DNA of 64,000 bases, from the NCBI RefSeq assembly GCF_001194135.2, contig NC_068989.1:587013-651012 (forward strand), in the 5' to 3' direction. Shown piece after piece: positions 38,272 to 52,316 of the stretch (the first letter of the stretch is position 1; each line of letters begins with the position of its first letter). This DNA comes from Octopus bimaculoides. Its lineage: Eukaryota. Made by a program: the position numbers and the translations under genes. Under the pieces are notes generated by a model. That model worked only from the letters and a program-made list of their open reading frames with translations, was not told where the DNA came from and did not search any database.

Positions 38272-38340
38272 CGCAGCTGGGCGAATGGTTAGAGTGCTGG
38301 CATCACCAGCAGATGGGTCGAGGGTTCGTATCTTCATCAC
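38272..38340 (+). mobile_element. Isolated tRNA-like SINE head or tRNA pseudogene
   Basis: AGCTGGGCGAATGGTTAGAG A-box, TGCTG-loop-CAGCA stem, GGGTTCGTATC B-box; no good acceptor stem. Confidence 0.4.
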
Positions 38341-38411
38341 CTTCACATTTTCACTTTGCTACATCAATCTATTTAGTATTTAACACGCCAAAAAAAATAA
38401 GATCTTTTACT

Positions 38412-38560
38412 CAGTGGTTCTCAACCATTTTTTCTCTATGGACCCCTTTATTCCTATTCTGTTCTGGTGGACCCCCATAGCAATTCAATGTCTAAAAACT
38501 AGTTTTATAGACCTTTTCTAAATTTCTATTTTGTTCTTCACACAATAACTCGTGTAAGTT
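38412..38560 (+). mobile_element. hAT (Charlie-like) transposon end
   Basis: CAGTGGTTCTCAACCATTTTTT TIR; same family as 4905-5051. Confidence 0.7.
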
Positions 38561-39117
38561 GCTGTAAATTGCACGCCGGATGTTTGAATTCACTCTGATC
38601 ATACACATTCCAGTGGAATTTTGAAAAGTTGAATATTACAGGGGATTCGTACAATCGATTCATTTTGCGATAAAATACCTAATAAGAATTCTCAGTGGAA
38701 GGTAAATAAAATAAATATGAAACACACTTCGATTCCTCCTGTTCCCTCTATACAGCTATTCCTAATTTCCATTCCTTCACTTTGGGATTTACTTGATTCT
38801 CGATTCTTCACTTTTACTTCACTCGGTTCAAAAGCCCCACAGTAATAAGAAGTCTGCAATTCTACCCTCAACACTTGTGCTAAATCACTGCCTTCAAATA
38901 ACCCACCCTTAATTCACACAAGATAATTTCCATGCTTCTACCAATGCATAAGAGCATTACATGTCTGACAGTGTTAGAATTTCATAATCTTTGGAATTTC
39001 TCCATTTTATTGTCTTTTTATTACTTAATAATCTTTACAGACAATCTTTAAACGTACAATTTTTTTTTTAAATACGCAAAAGCGAACACAAAATCATTTG
39101 CAATATTTCACATTTCG

Positions 39118-39226
39118 AAGGTGGCAAACTGACAGAAACGTTAGGACGCCGGGCGAAATGCTTAGCGGTATTTCGTCTGTCTTTACGTTCTGAGGTCAAA
39201 TTCCGCCGAGGTCGACTTTGCTTTTT
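39118..39226 (+). mobile_element. SINE family A head, young, 3'-truncated
   Basis: AAGGTGGCAAACTGACAGAAACGTTAG..GAAATGCTTAGCGG..GAGGTCAAATTCCGCCGAGGTCGACTTTGC. Confidence 0.85.
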
Positions 39227-40744
39227 GAGCAGGGATTTTGATGGGACGTGAAGTAGAGGGGACAAGGTGATTTTTTTTCGTGGATAAGAGAGTAGGTTCA
39301 TGGTTAAGGAAGAGGTCGGTTAGCAGAACAGAAGGGCGTATTGTATAGCACATCGCAACATTCCAATGTAGAAGCGTCCAGCCAGCTAAAGATTTATTTA
39401 AATAACCGAAACAGCGATGAGATCTGGTGTATTCCTGATGATCTCCCAATTGTTTTTAATTTTAATGAATTGTATTGGTGTGTGTATTCTTGTGTGTATG
39501 TGTGAGTGTTTGTGAATATGAGTGTCTGTATGGGTAGGGGATACACAATTCGTGTTTGACTCGCCCTGCTTTTTTTTTTTTTTGCCAGAATTAGTCACTT
39601 AAGACTAACTACATCTGTTAACAACCACTTTCCTATTGAGGGTTATATTTTACGAGTCATTTTTGTATGTATGCATGTATGTATGTATTGTATGTTTAAA
39701 TGTATGCATGTGTGTATGTTTGTATGCATTTATGTATGTATTTCTGTATGCATGTATGTATGTTTGGAGGGCTGGCTGGATGGGTGCATGTATGTATCAC
39801 TCCGACAATCTATATATTTATCTTTTTCAAGATGCTTATATAATCTTTATCTATGAGCTCATCTATCCTTTTATATGTATGTGTGTGTGTGTGTGTGTGT
39901 GTGCGTGTGTGTGTATGTGTGCGTGCGTGTTGTTTCTCGTACCATCTGTCTGCATATCTACATATATTTATATAACCTTTATATTATTTTTCTTTTCTGC
40001 ATCAGTATAAAAATAAAGTATTCAAAAAAGAATGCGATGATTTTAAAAAGTAGCCATCATTGTTTGCAAAACTCGGCTAACCAAAAGTGAATGAGATAAC
40101 AGAAAATGTTAGGAATGTCTTTAAGCTATTTATTACCTTCTATTTATGAAGTAAAACTTATCTTTAAAACTATTTTTGTTAATGATTAGCGTTTATGTCC
40201 GACAATCCGGCTTTTGACTTACTTCCGGTCCAGTTTCGTTAACGCTTGCGATAAAAAAAAAATGTGAAATTTTCGAGAAATGAAACATGCCAGATAAATG
40301 TTAGAATAAAAGCGTTGAAATTATAAGGTGGGTGGTCTATTTGATAATGTCAAATTTTAAAAAGAAGTTGAGAAAATGTCAACTAGTTGTTGTTGCTGTT
40401 GTTGTTGTTGTAGTTAATTTACTTCATTGATATATTCATCTTAATGTTCGTTACAAGACATAAGTAAATAAATGCCAACATTTTGTGCCACATTCAAACA
40501 TATCTGTCTCTTGTATTTTATTATATTCTGAGGCAGGATTTATAGTTGCAAGCTTCGTTCTTTGTTATTTTGCGCCTCAACGACTGAGGTTAAGCTCAAT
40601 CTTAAAAAGACAGAATAGAATATTGAAAAATGAAGTAAAGATATCGAAAATAAGCGGATAAACGGAATTTTACAGAAATTGAAACAAGGAAGACAAATAT
40701 GTTTGAAGTTTGCTGTCGTACCCACTAAAGCAGCAAATTTTGTT

Positions 40745-40960
40745 CTGGTGTCCTTATTTAGCCCTAGGTCGGTGAGTAAGCTTATGATCAAAAACATTCC
40801 AGCTAAAGCCATTCCATTTATTTTATGCCTTGGATTATCTGTCTTTCCACTTTTAAAATGATAGGTTGTGATTTGAGGAATATTTCGTTGGTATTTCGGA
40901 TCGGGCGATCCTCTTGGATCGGGCGATCCTCTTGGATCGGGCGATCCTCTTGGATCGAAT
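40745..40960 (-). mobile_element. Family D repeat copy with a triplicated 18-bp head segment
   Basis: Reverse complement CCTCAAATCACAACC..GCTGGAATGTTTTTGATCATAAG..GACCTAGGGCTAAA; 18-bp tandem at 40898-40957. Confidence 0.65.
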
Positions 40961-43931
40961 TTTGTCTCTTTTCTAAACAGCAACTGAGAAATAATTTAAA
41001 GTTAGACATAACATTAACGGAATATTCTCGTACTGTCAGATTATTTTACAGTTCCATAATAGAATTATCCCAGTTATTTTGGATTTTTATCACCTTTCGG
41101 AATAGACCGACACTAGTAACGTTCGTCCTAAGTTAATTGTTTGTGCATGCACACATGTCTTACAACCAACGCACAAAAGAATAAAATGGACGCTCAAGGT
41201 TTTCAAGATGAAATCGATTTTTTTTAATTGGAGGAATTGTGAAATTTCATTAATTTTTTTTTTTTTTAAGAAAACATATTTCCTTAGGTGGTCAATGTGG
41301 TATTTAAGTGATAGTTATTAGCATGCATGTGTACACACTTAGCTATAAAAAAAAAGAAAAGAAAAATTTTGTACACTCATAGGAATAAATAGACGGAGTA
41401 TTGAACACGAGATCATGAAGAAATACATCATTTAAAGATGCGAAGAAAACAAAAAAATAAGGAATGTGAAAAAAAAAAAATAGAAAGATAAAATTATCAT
41501 TTCCAAGATAATATAATTTGACATGGTGGTGCATGATGGGTTTGTTTGTTTTTTGTTTTTTTTCTATGCAAATTTATAAACAATAACAGAAATGGTTCAT
41601 ATGTTTACTTCTCAGAAAAGCCAAGAAAAAGGAAACTGTCGTGTTAGTCGCTTCGGTATCGTTTCCGCTCAAACTTTATTTCTTTCCCACAAGGGAAAAT
41701 GGAAAATGTTTAAACCTTATCAGGAATCTTAACTCAAAATTCAAAAGCCATATTTTAAGTAGTTTATTCAACAATCTTTATATGTTTTATCTTGTAAGTA
41801 TAAATGTCTAAAATAATAAAACACTCGCAACTATCTACAACTGGGTCGAAATATCAGTAGACATTATTACGTTCTAATTATAAAGAAATGATTTCAAAAC
41901 TGTCAGATCTCGAGGGGCAGATACAAAAGTTATTCCTTTTTTTTAAACGGCTGTAGTCTATTAAGAGATGGAAACACATAAGAATGCTGCCGCTGCTCTG
42001 TGATAGCTTGGGAACTGAAAATGATGTTTCTATACGACGAAGATTCTGTGTTTATCAAAGTAAACGCAGAACTGTTATTCATTTCTTTTCTATGTCAATA
42101 AGTTACAAATCTTCTGTGGATCTTAATGGCCGTCACGCGGTTTATATCATTTGTCACCAACCGCTCTTGTCATCTCTTAGTATACAAAAGTTTTCATTAT
42201 TACAAATTGTAATATTCTGAGTTCAATTCCCATCAGGGTTGATAATTTTTTTTTATCTTCTGCTTCGATTTTTATAGGATATATCCTATATTTCTTTTAT
42301 CGATTTCAGTCTTTGAACTTCGATCAAGCTGGGGAACTGCTTTCAAGGATTTTATGCGTGGTCTGTGATTTCATGAGCAAATTGGGCACAGCACTGTTGG
42401 TTAGCAAAATATAGCTCCCCTGTTTACAAGAAAGCTATATCAAACAAACTTACAACGCATTTCGAGTTTATCTGAAGTAGAGCTGTTCTGCCGTCTGTTT
42501 CAGGTTGTACGGATTTTGATAAGCTTCGAAGAAAGGCCTGCAATGCGTTTGAAACCATTTCACTAAGGTAGTTAAGTCATCCTGTTCAATTTACTCTCCT
42601 CTAAAAGTAAGTAAACCAATGATGTTTGCAGATGGCAATCCTCTGACAAGCTAACACTTAGTTTCGAAACTATTTCACTCCGCTTCGTTAAAGCTACTGA
42701 TATTCTACACAAAGATATGAACGTCGCAGTTCTTTACCCCCTCCTTTATAAATATAGAGAATTGTGTTCAAGTTAAACTTGTAAAGGCCATCCTAATACA
42801 TAAAGAGGGGAGGCGAAGTGATTATTCCACGAGTTGACGGCGACAAATTACAACTAGTTATATATTTATCAGATTCGGAAACAACCTCGGCAAATATAAT
42901 GTCTTTCTTCCACGTAAAAAAAAGGAAAAAAAGAAGTCAAAATGAAAACAACAGCACCGTCACGACTATCACAACCAATCTTAAGACTATCACAACCAAA
43001 TCTCAACAGCATTTGTGATCAAAGTGAAGGGAAATGGTAACTGAAAGCGGAATGCGAATTCGGATCACAAGGAGTTTTAACGCGGGTGTTTTGAGTCTGA
43101 AGAAGTTTATTTCAAAGAAATAAATTGAACAAGAAATAAAAATGTAACTTCGTCCACCTCCTCCTCCTCCTACTACTACTATTCTTCTTCTTCTTCTTCT
43201 TCTTGCTTTAAAATGTTGACATTTAAAATGTCAGTTGGTTAATAGTTTTTAATTAACTGTTCTTATCTACTTCACTCACTGGATGTCTCTCATCATCACT
43301 TCAATTCACCGCTCTATTCAGGAAAAGAAAAATATTTCATTGTGGTCGCTGAAGGAGACGAAGAACTAAATAAAATACGACACTTGAATTATTTAATGAC
43401 ACGAAAATAAATAAAACACACCTTCAGCTCCGCTTTTCATATCCTGACGATAAATTCAGCTTCTGTTCAGTGACTCTCATCACTTAATTTCATCGCTATT
43501 TAAAACACATATCTACCATTGTCACGCCATAGAACTGCATCTTCAGATTCAATAATACGGAATAGAATTATCTTTCGAAGTTTTTGCCTGTGATTGTAAA
43601 CAGAGAAAAAGAGTAAGAATCCCTAGAATTTAGGTTTCAGAAATCCCTGCTACTGCTGGCCTCAACAATATTCTCACAAGAATACAATTTATAAGAGAAG
43701 CTATAGAGGATGAAATTGGCTAAGTTCTAGCTTGAAACTGATTAAGAATATGATTGATAGTTCATCGCTCTCTGAAGTATGAAAGGCAAATCAAGTCCAA
43801 CTTCAATTTAAACCAAAAACAAAACTCTGCCCGTCATTTCTATTACTCAATCGCCCGCATTTGATGCAATAATAATTTCTTTTCACTGACATAAAGAGAA
43901 ATATATTCAATTGATCTTTAGGAATATAATA

Positions 43932-44127
43932 TTGGTTTCAAATTTTGGCACAAGGCCAGAAATTTGGAGGGAGGGTGCTAGTTGATTACATCGACCCAGT
44001 GTTTAACTGGTACTTAATTTATCGACTCCCGAAAGGATGAAAGGCAAAGTCGACCTCGGCAGAATTTGAACTCAGAACGTGCAGACAGACGAAATGCCGC
44101 TAAGCATTTTTCCCGGCGTGCTAACTT
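43932..44127 (-). mobile_element. SINE family A copy, A-box end missing
   Basis: Reverse complement GTTAGCACGCCGGG..GTTCTGAGTTCAAATTCTGCCGAGGTCGACTTTGCCTTTCATCCTTTCGGG..CCAAAATTTGAAACCAAT. Confidence 0.88.
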
Positions 44128-44239
44128 TAGGAATATAATATCGACATGTATTTTAACAGCCACTGAAAGAGAAAAAATCGAACCAAACGAAATTTACGCT
44201 TGAAAACAATAACGTATTGAACTATATGAACAATCGAGT

Positions 44240-44315
44240 CTACTCGCCTCAGATGTCTTGCAATGAGATCGAACCCAAGACATGAGAACTGCGAAGCTAA
44301 CCAAATGTCCATGCA
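44240..44315 (-). mobile_element. SINE family B head fragment
   Basis: Reverse complement TGGTTAGCTTCGCAG..TTGGGTTCGATCTC..GCAAGACATCTGAGGCGAG. Confidence 0.45.
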
Positions 44316-44471
44316 TATTCTCTCATACACATATATACAAACGAACACACGAACGTACATACGTAGATGCATACACACTCACTCAGATATATGAATATAT
44401 ATTTACATACGCACATACAACACAATCATGCATGTTTGTATGTATACATAAATGTATGTATGAACGCGCGC

Positions 44472-44516
<45 letters not shown>

Positions 44517-46254
44517 GCATCGTTGTTTCGAGCTGCAGTTGTAGGCTTGCAACAGATGGGAGAAGCTACGAAAAAACAGACGGATGACGACTGGGCCAGG
44601 GTAGATGTATGCGTTGATGTGTGTAAGAAAAGGATGCGGAGGTGGGAGGGAGGAGAGGAGGTGGGAGGGAGGAGAGGAGAAGGGAGGGCAGTGGGAGGAG
44701 TGGGGTCGTTATGGTAAAGAGTTCAATTAAAGTCATTTTCTGTTTTTGTTTTCGAAAAACTCATCTGCGAATTCCTCAGAACGAAAAAGACTAAGAACAA
44801 CAGTGTCAAGTTTGAATTGGACATCCCGTTAAAAACCAACTCAGCACAGGCAGATGTTAAAAATGGACGAGTTTCACCCATCGAACGGTCATGGGGCAGA
44901 GAAAACAAACAGCCGAGTTGGCGCTTCTTTTTATTCTATTTTTGTTTCTTCTTCAATTTCGGTGTTGTTTTCTTTTCTTTTTTTAGATGACACAACAAGA
45001 GCAGCAATAGAAGTTTGAAAGAAACTTCTGCTAAATAGACGGCGTTGTGTAGCTTGGAGTACAAAGACATCACACTATGCACTGATTGGCATCTGGTCTA
45101 CTTATTCTATTTTCTATGTGTTATCATCATCGTCGTCATCATCATCACCATCTTGTGTTGTTGTTTGTTATTTTTATGTTAGTTTCTCATTTATAAGTGG
45201 CTGCGCGCGCGCGCGTGTTGTGCATTAGATTGGAAGTGGTTGTTGATTATTGATAATCTTGAAGAAGGGTGTATGCATTTTCTAGCACACATGCACAGAT
45301 GTGTGTGTATGTGTACGTATGTATGTGTGTGTGCATGTGTGTGCGCTGGTACAAGATGACATCGGTTATTATCCCCCCTTCGTCTTTGCACCCCCCCCAC
45401 CACCCCAGCTCTACGTTTCTCTTTCTCACTATTCCTAGGTCTTTTAATTAACAAACACAGACACACACAAACACACACAAGCACACACACACAAGCACAC
45501 ACACACACACACACAAGCACACACACACAAACACACACAAGCACACACACACACACACACACACACAAGCACACACACACACAAGCGAAAATGATTTTCA
45601 CGTCATTCATTAACCAATAAAAGTGTTTCATTACACTGAATATGAAATGAATTTGAACAGAATCGATGTTGGCAGCCAAACCGAATGGATCCCGAATTGT
45701 ATGAATACGAACCAAGTAAATAAAGTTAGAATCTTCGGAGGAGAAATGCGAAGCACGTTTCATTACGGAACATCCAAAACAGCGATATAACGGAGAGAAT
45801 TCACTGAAACTCCATACGTGGGGTCATTAACTATATACAACATGGCTGGATAGTGGAAGGAGGGTCAGCTGTCTTCTTTGACATGCTGTGTTAAAAAATA
45901 CAATATATATCGGAGCGAGAACATCTCCCCGGCAGAAACCCTCGAGAACGCCAGACACATTTCGGTTTCCTTGGCCGTAGTCATTGATGTGCACCCGATC
46001 GTCACATACTCAGATGAAATTTGTCCCCTTTCATAAGTAGGAACTATTCACTGATATAGCGGAAAACCGCTGAACGAGTCTTTAAATTGAATCTTAATGG
46101 AAACATTAAAACCTTGATTATATATCAAAGATGATTGAAGGCAAAATCCCTTTTTATAAATTCATTACAGAACACTGGAGGTTCACTAGAATCTTTACCA
46201 TAGATTATACGTTGAATAACGAATTGCATGTAAACTTATAAGAGGGGGGAGAAA

Positions 46255-46262
46255 GAGAGATA

Positions 46263-46315
<53 letters not shown>

Positions 46316-46404
46316 NNNNNNNNNNNNNNNNNNNNNNNNNNNNNNNNNNNNNNNNNNNNNNNNNNNNNNNNNNNNNNNNNNNNNNNNNNNNNNNNNNNNN
46401 NNNN

Positions 46405-46456
<52 letters not shown>

Positions 46457-46467
46457 GAGAGAGAGAG
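46255..46467. repeat. (GA)n microsatellite spanning a gap
   Basis: Seen directly. Confidence 0.95.
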
Positions 46468-46984
46468 TAAACTGTTGTACTTAATAGAAAAGAGTATGAG
46501 AAGTAAAGTGAATTGCGTTGCCGAGGTTACCAAATCTATTAATTTTCACTTAAGCCATTGACGCCTTTGAGAATGGCATGAACAACACATGACCTCATTC
46601 AATTTCCTTAATAAATGTGAAGTGTTTTACGTGTGAAATAATTATAGAGATACATGTATTAATTTCTATTTTTTCTGAGAAATTAATTATTAATTAAATT
46701 TCTACTTCTCATCTGATGTACATCGTTGTCTCTTGTTACAGGAAGTTGACTGCTGACAGAATTGGTGTCACGATTGGTAGAAATAGAAACGGATGAGCAA
46801 CACCCGCAGCTAATAAATAACAAGAATTTGTGACATTTTCTATTTTATTTATTGTCTTTTAATAATTTAAATTAGATCACCTATAAGAGAGAAGTCAATG
46901 CAGGGTTACCGCTGAGAAAGCGCGCCCCATTTCTTTATTCAAGCAGGCAAAGCATTGCCACATAAGATGACTTTAGAAAATAAT

Positions 46985-47182
46985 TTATGGTTGTCATTTA
47001 GTTTGAAGTCTTCTTTGAATGAGAAGACGTTCCAGCCATAAACAGACCATAATCTTCAGGCGTAGATGGAACTGCATTACTCAGTGTGTCCTCATTTTAA
47101 AAATGATCAAGCAGGACTTGAGATAAACTTACCCACTATTTCTAGTCGGTCGAGAAATCATGTAGAGGCACCTTCCTTGGTT
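46985..47182 (-). mobile_element. Family D repeat, near full length
   Basis: Reverse complement CCAAGGAAGGTGCCTCTACATG..CTCGACCGACTAGAAATAG..GGACACAC..ATGGCTGGAACG..CTAAATGACAAC. Confidence 0.6.
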
Positions 47183-47679
47183 CACTATCTTCAAGATGAA
47201 TGTTAAGAGCGCCCATAAAGAGGTGAATTCGCATTAAGTCGAGTTTGCGATGCAGTTTCGATTTAAATTAAAGACATTTCAGTGATTTTTGCAGAGACAC
47301 GCAGCTGAGAATAAACCGCATCCTTCGGTATGTTCCCCAATACCTTGAAAATTAATCACATCAGGAACTTCGGGTGGCGACTCAGAAGGCCCACACTTGA
47401 CGATAATTTCTTCGGTGTTAGGAGAATGAGTGATAAATAACTTTGGTCAAGTCTTGGAATTTGTCAATTAGAGATAACTTATCCAAATTATATGCACTTA
47501 AATTCTAAACAGGCGTCAGCTGTAAAGTAAAGCGCTCTCCACAGAAACACTTGAAAAGATCGACCGTCGATTCGAACTGGTGGACCCTGAGCTATTGATC
47601 TTGTATTATGCGTATTCAACCACTTCGCTTTTATTTAGTTTTATCTCTCAGTCATCTCGTATATATTGGCATGTAGTAA

Positions 47680-47740
<61 letters not shown>
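47680..47740. repeat. (AGT)n microsatellite
   Basis: Seen directly. Confidence 0.97.
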
Positions 47741-49034
47741 TACCCCAATACCAGCGACTTATATTGTTCTTGGTGTTCTAGTCGCTCTCAGTGGCTGTTG
47801 TTCTTGAGGCCATTGTTGTTTAATCCTCATCGCCATCTTCTCAAGTCTTTTGTATTTTAATACTCATTATCGTTCCTCTTATCCAGTTCCAGATCACCCA
47901 CGATTAAAGCTATTCCCGACGAGATCATCCCGTCTCTTTCCGAGACACATTTCTCACTGAACCACATTAATTAATGTTTGCTTTTGCTAAGATTGCAGAG
48001 TGTTGTTATATGAAAGACAGTTGGCTTCCATTTTAGCAAGTCATGTGACTACGTAGGGGCTCTTTTCATGGCTTCACTGTGGTCGTCGTCGTCGTCGTTC
48101 TAAACCATTCGAAAATTCACAGGAAAGATTTCCTTTCATTAGTTAAAAGTTTAATCAAAATTGCTGCATTAACTAGAAAAATTAGAAATAAAATTAACGT
48201 AGAAATATTTTTAAAAGAGAAAACCCGACTCTTGCCGCTGTCTGCCTCCCTTTTACTAGATGTCACATTAGACAGGATATTCACTAGGATTAAATAAACA
48301 TCAAGAAAGCTCACTTCATCCACCCGAACAGGAAACTATAGCCCATTTTAATTAACAATCCATAATGTCTAAGCGATCAACTGATTCGTTAAACAAATTA
48401 AGCCACCCACTCTGTGTGGGGGCGTGTACAGAAGCATATGTCTATATGTCTATCCATCTACCTCACTCACTCTCATACATACATACATACATACATACAT
48501 ACATACATACATACAAATATACATACATGCATGCACTCTTGTCAAACTTGTCTGAAGAAGCGGCAGCGCGCTGGGGAAAGTCCAGAGCAACAGATTACTG
48601 GATTGGCTTTAATTACACACANNNNNNNNNNNNNNNNNNNNNNNNNNNNNNNNNNNNNNNNNNNNNNNNNNNNNNNNNNNNNNNNNNNNNNNNNNNNNNN
48701 NNNNNNNNNNNNNNNNNNNNNNNNNNNNNNNNNNNNNNNNNNNNNNNNNNNNNNNNNNNNNNNNNNNNNNNNNNNNNNNNNNNNNNNNNNNNNNNNNNNN
48801 NNNNNNNNNNNNNNNNNNNNNNNNNNNNNNNNNNNNNNNNNNNNNNNNNNNNNNNNNNNNNNNNNNNNNNNNNNNNNNNNNNNNNNNNNNNNNNNNNNNN
48901 NNNNNNNNNNNNNNNNNNNNNNNNNNNNNNNNNNNNNNNNNNNNNNNNNNNNNNNNNNNNNNNNNNNNNNNNNNNNNNNNNNNNNNNNNNNNNNNNNNNN
49001 NNNNNNNNNNNNNNNNNNNNNNNNNNNNNNNNNN

Positions 49035-49075
<41 letters not shown>

Positions 49076-49804
49076 ACACTCTGTGGCAGGTTTCTGCTTC
49101 TGTTCGAACCATTTCGCTAAGAGTTCAAGTGTAGAATCACAGACTAATTATATGGCCATAAAAGGCACGAGCGCTCACGTAAATTTTTATCATCCAATCA
49201 GTATCGGCTGGCATGTAGCAATTAACATCGGCGACATAAAAAAAAAAAAGACATGTGTAAAATTTCCACCAAATTGCATTTCCGAAGGTCTCAGAAGTTT
49301 TGTCTTGAACTATAAAACGCTGGATTTTCGAACCTACGAGTTACCGTAAACTCTATACGGAACTCTGGCGTTTTGTTCCAATAAATATGCTCTCACTCCT
49401 TTCTACTTGTTCTTGTATACCATATTCTGTATACAATGTTTGCCAAAGAAATCAATCCGGTGCTGTAATGTCGACATTCATATATACTTATATACATACC
49501 AGCGTCTTTCTATATAATTTTCTGCTTCATTCTGTTTACAATAATAATGTACATATGCCACATAACAGTATTAACCAATCATTATAGTTATCTTCCATAC
49601 TGCAAAGCTTTAAGTATCACACACATCCTTGTAGAAATGTCTCTCAACATTAATTTACTTGTGCATATGTAATGCATAAACCATTTAAAATAATATATGG
49701 AAACGCATATCAGATATTGTTGTCTCATTCTTGTCTACGACGCAGCCTTTTGCCGTCCTCCCATTAACCAATGACAGTGCAATGAGTGACCTAACAATAC
49801 GTGT

Positions 49805-50330
49805 GTGCGTGCTTGTTTGGTAGACCTCGAAAAGGCGTATAAATGCGTGGAGAACTTCGCAAAAGTTTGGGGTTAATGGGCAACTACTGGTTGCTGTGAA
49901 GTCCCTATACTAATTCCCAGCTACTTCTGACCAAGGAAACGGTGTTAAGTCGAAACCTTTCGATGTCAGTGTTGGACTTGGGAAAGGGTGCATTTAGTCA
50001 CCTCTCCTTTTCATAATTTTTTTTACATGCACAGCCTTTGAGGAGTTGGTATTAAATCTGGAGGCTGTAGGATCAATTGGCTGATATTTGCAGATAACAT
50101 GGTGCTGCTTGGCTCATCAGAAGGTGATTTCCAACATGAACTGATTTGGTTCACGGGCAAGTACTGCAAGACATGGATGAGAAATAGCATCGCGAAGACT
50201 GAGACATTAGGTCTCTTAAGAAAGCATTCCCAGTGCACACTGCATGTTAGTACAGCATCACTGAGAAAAATGGGGAAGTATTCACGAGTGACTGGATGCA
50301 GGAAGGTGAACTAGATGATTAGAGTTGCAA
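49805..50330 (+). mobile_element. RTE-clade LINE reverse transcriptase fragment
   Basis: VDLEKAY, FGVNGQLLVAVKSLY, KSKPFDVSVGL.KGCI.SPLLF, LIFADNMVLLGSSEGDFQHEL (YADD-like motif), IAKTET. Confidence 0.88.
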
Positions 50331-50500
50331 ATAATCAACTGTTCAAAAACGTATCTGGATATATTTTCAGCAGATAAATTAATCTTATACTTTCGTTAAA
50401 AATAAAACCGCGTTATTTCTCTCTAACGATCTCAGCGAACGTAAAATAGCGTCATAAGATCGTTTAATAAGATCGAACATTAAAACATATAGCGGTTTGT

Positions 50501-50532
<32 letters not shown>

Positions 50533-51329
50533 NNNNNNNNNNNNNNNNNNNNNNNNNNNNNNNNNNNNNNNNNNNNNNNNNNNNNNNNNNNNNNNNNNNN
50601 NNNNNNNNNNNNNNNNNNNNNNNNNNNNNNNNNNNNNNNNNNNNNNNNNNNNNNNNNNNNNNNNNNNNNNNNNNNNNNNNNNNNNNNNNNNNNNNNNNNN
50701 NNNNNNNNNNNNNNNNNNNNNNNNNNNNNNNNNNNNNNNNNNNNNNNNNNNNNNNNNNNNNNNNNNNNNNNNNNNNNNNNNNNNNNNNNNNNNNNNNNNN
50801 NNNNNNNNNNNNNNNNNNNNNNNNNNNNNNNNNNNNNNNNNNNNNNNNNNNNNNNNNNNNNNNNNNNNNNNNNNNNNNNNNNNNNNNNNNNNNNNNNNNN
50901 NNNNNNNNNNNNNNNNNNNNNNNNNNNNNNNNNNNNNNNNNNATATATATATATATATATAAGCACATACATTTCCAGAGGTAAGCAAACCTCTACATAG
51001 AAGAAAGCAATGAGAAAGTAGTTGTGATGGAAATGGAGATGCCAACCAGCGTCAAATGCGTGTGTTTATGGGAAGGGGGCGTGGTGCACGCGAGTATATA
51101 TAACATCTGTGCATACACATGCACATACATGGCACACAAACACAAAAAACACATGAATAAATCGTGAATGCCAACCGGAAGTAGACCACTTCCTGCCAAA
51201 ATTTAAATATATATGCATGCTCTTCAACTTCAATATGGCATTTTCTTAATAATATCTATGCCTTTACATCTTATAAATATATGTTTATCTATTTCATTAT
51301 GTATCTATGTATACACTCATACACATATA

Positions 51330-52067
51330 CATTACATACACACACACATACATTACATACATACACACATACATACATACATACATACATACATACATAC
51401 ATGCATACATACATACATACATACATACATACATACATACATGCATGCATACATACATACATACATACATACATACATGCATACATACATACATACATAC
51501 ATACATACATGCATGCATACATACATACATACATACATACATACATACATGCATACATACATGCATGCATACATACATACATACATACATGCATACATAC
51601 ATACATACATACATACATACATGCATGCATACATACATACATACATACATGCATACATACATACATACATACATNNNNNNNNNNNNNNNNNNNNNNNNNN
51701 NNNNNNNNNNNNNNNNNNNNNNNNNNNNNNNNNNNNNNNNNNNNNNNNNNNNNNNNNNNNNNNNNNNNNNNNNNNNNNNNNNNNATACATACACACATAC
51801 ATACATACATACATACATACACACATACATACATACATACATACATACATACATACATACATACATACATACATGCATGCATACATACATGCATACATAC
51901 ATGCATACATACATACATACATGCATACATGCATACATACATACATACATACATACATACATACATACATGCATACATACACGCATGCATACATACATGC
52001 ATGCATACATACATACATACATACATACATACATACATACATACATACATACATACATACATACATA
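51330..52067. repeat. Long (TACA)n array with TGCA variant units
   Basis: Seen directly; internal gap 51675-51784. Confidence 0.97.
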
Positions 52068-52260
52068 CGAGTGGTGAGGCTGAACATTTCCTGGCTTTGG
52101 GTGAAAGAAAATACAGGAGAATCAGATTATTATGATTTTATTCGAAATATTCCATTCTCAGATTCTCACATTTATGGCAGCGGTCCTTCAGTTTTTCTAT
52201 ATCATGTAAAAGTACTCGAAAGGATGGGCCTCCAACCAGGCCTTTCGCGACGCCCCCTCG
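52068..52260. mobile_element. Mariner-type MITE with TA target duplication
   Basis: Left TA|CGAGTGG.., right ..CCCCCTCG|TA; CGAGG(G) ends are typical of mariner TIRs; no coding capacity. Confidence 0.7.
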
Positions 52261-52316
52261 TACATACATATACGCATAGATACATACATACGTGTGTGTA
52301 TGTGTGAGAGAGAGAT

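Noticed and set aside
39230-39400. Possible CR1/Jockey C-terminal fragment on the minus strand (LLHWNVA..)
   Set aside because: Similarity is too weak and frameshifted to support by eye.
40540-40983. 147-aa ORF with DPRGSP repeats and a hydrophobic stretch
   Set aside because: It lies on a family D repeat and an 18-bp tandem, so the open frame is incidental.
41911-41945. CGAGGGGCAGATACAAAAGTT, a mariner TIR-like stretch
   Set aside because: No TA flank, partner TIR or transposase was found.
44640-44710. G-rich tract as a G-quadruplex
   Set aside because: It is a purine-rich low-complexity duplication, and a 12-nt loop breaks the canonical pattern.
48545-48600. CTGAAGA..GAAA hammerhead-like spacing
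   Set aside because: Stem II is not adjacent to GAAA, and there is no stem III, NUH triplet or stem I.
51213-52307. Long ORFs such as the 364-aa YIHT repeat and similar CV/HT/YI/X-run ORFs across the track
   Set aside because: They are translations of microsatellites or N-gaps with no domain content.
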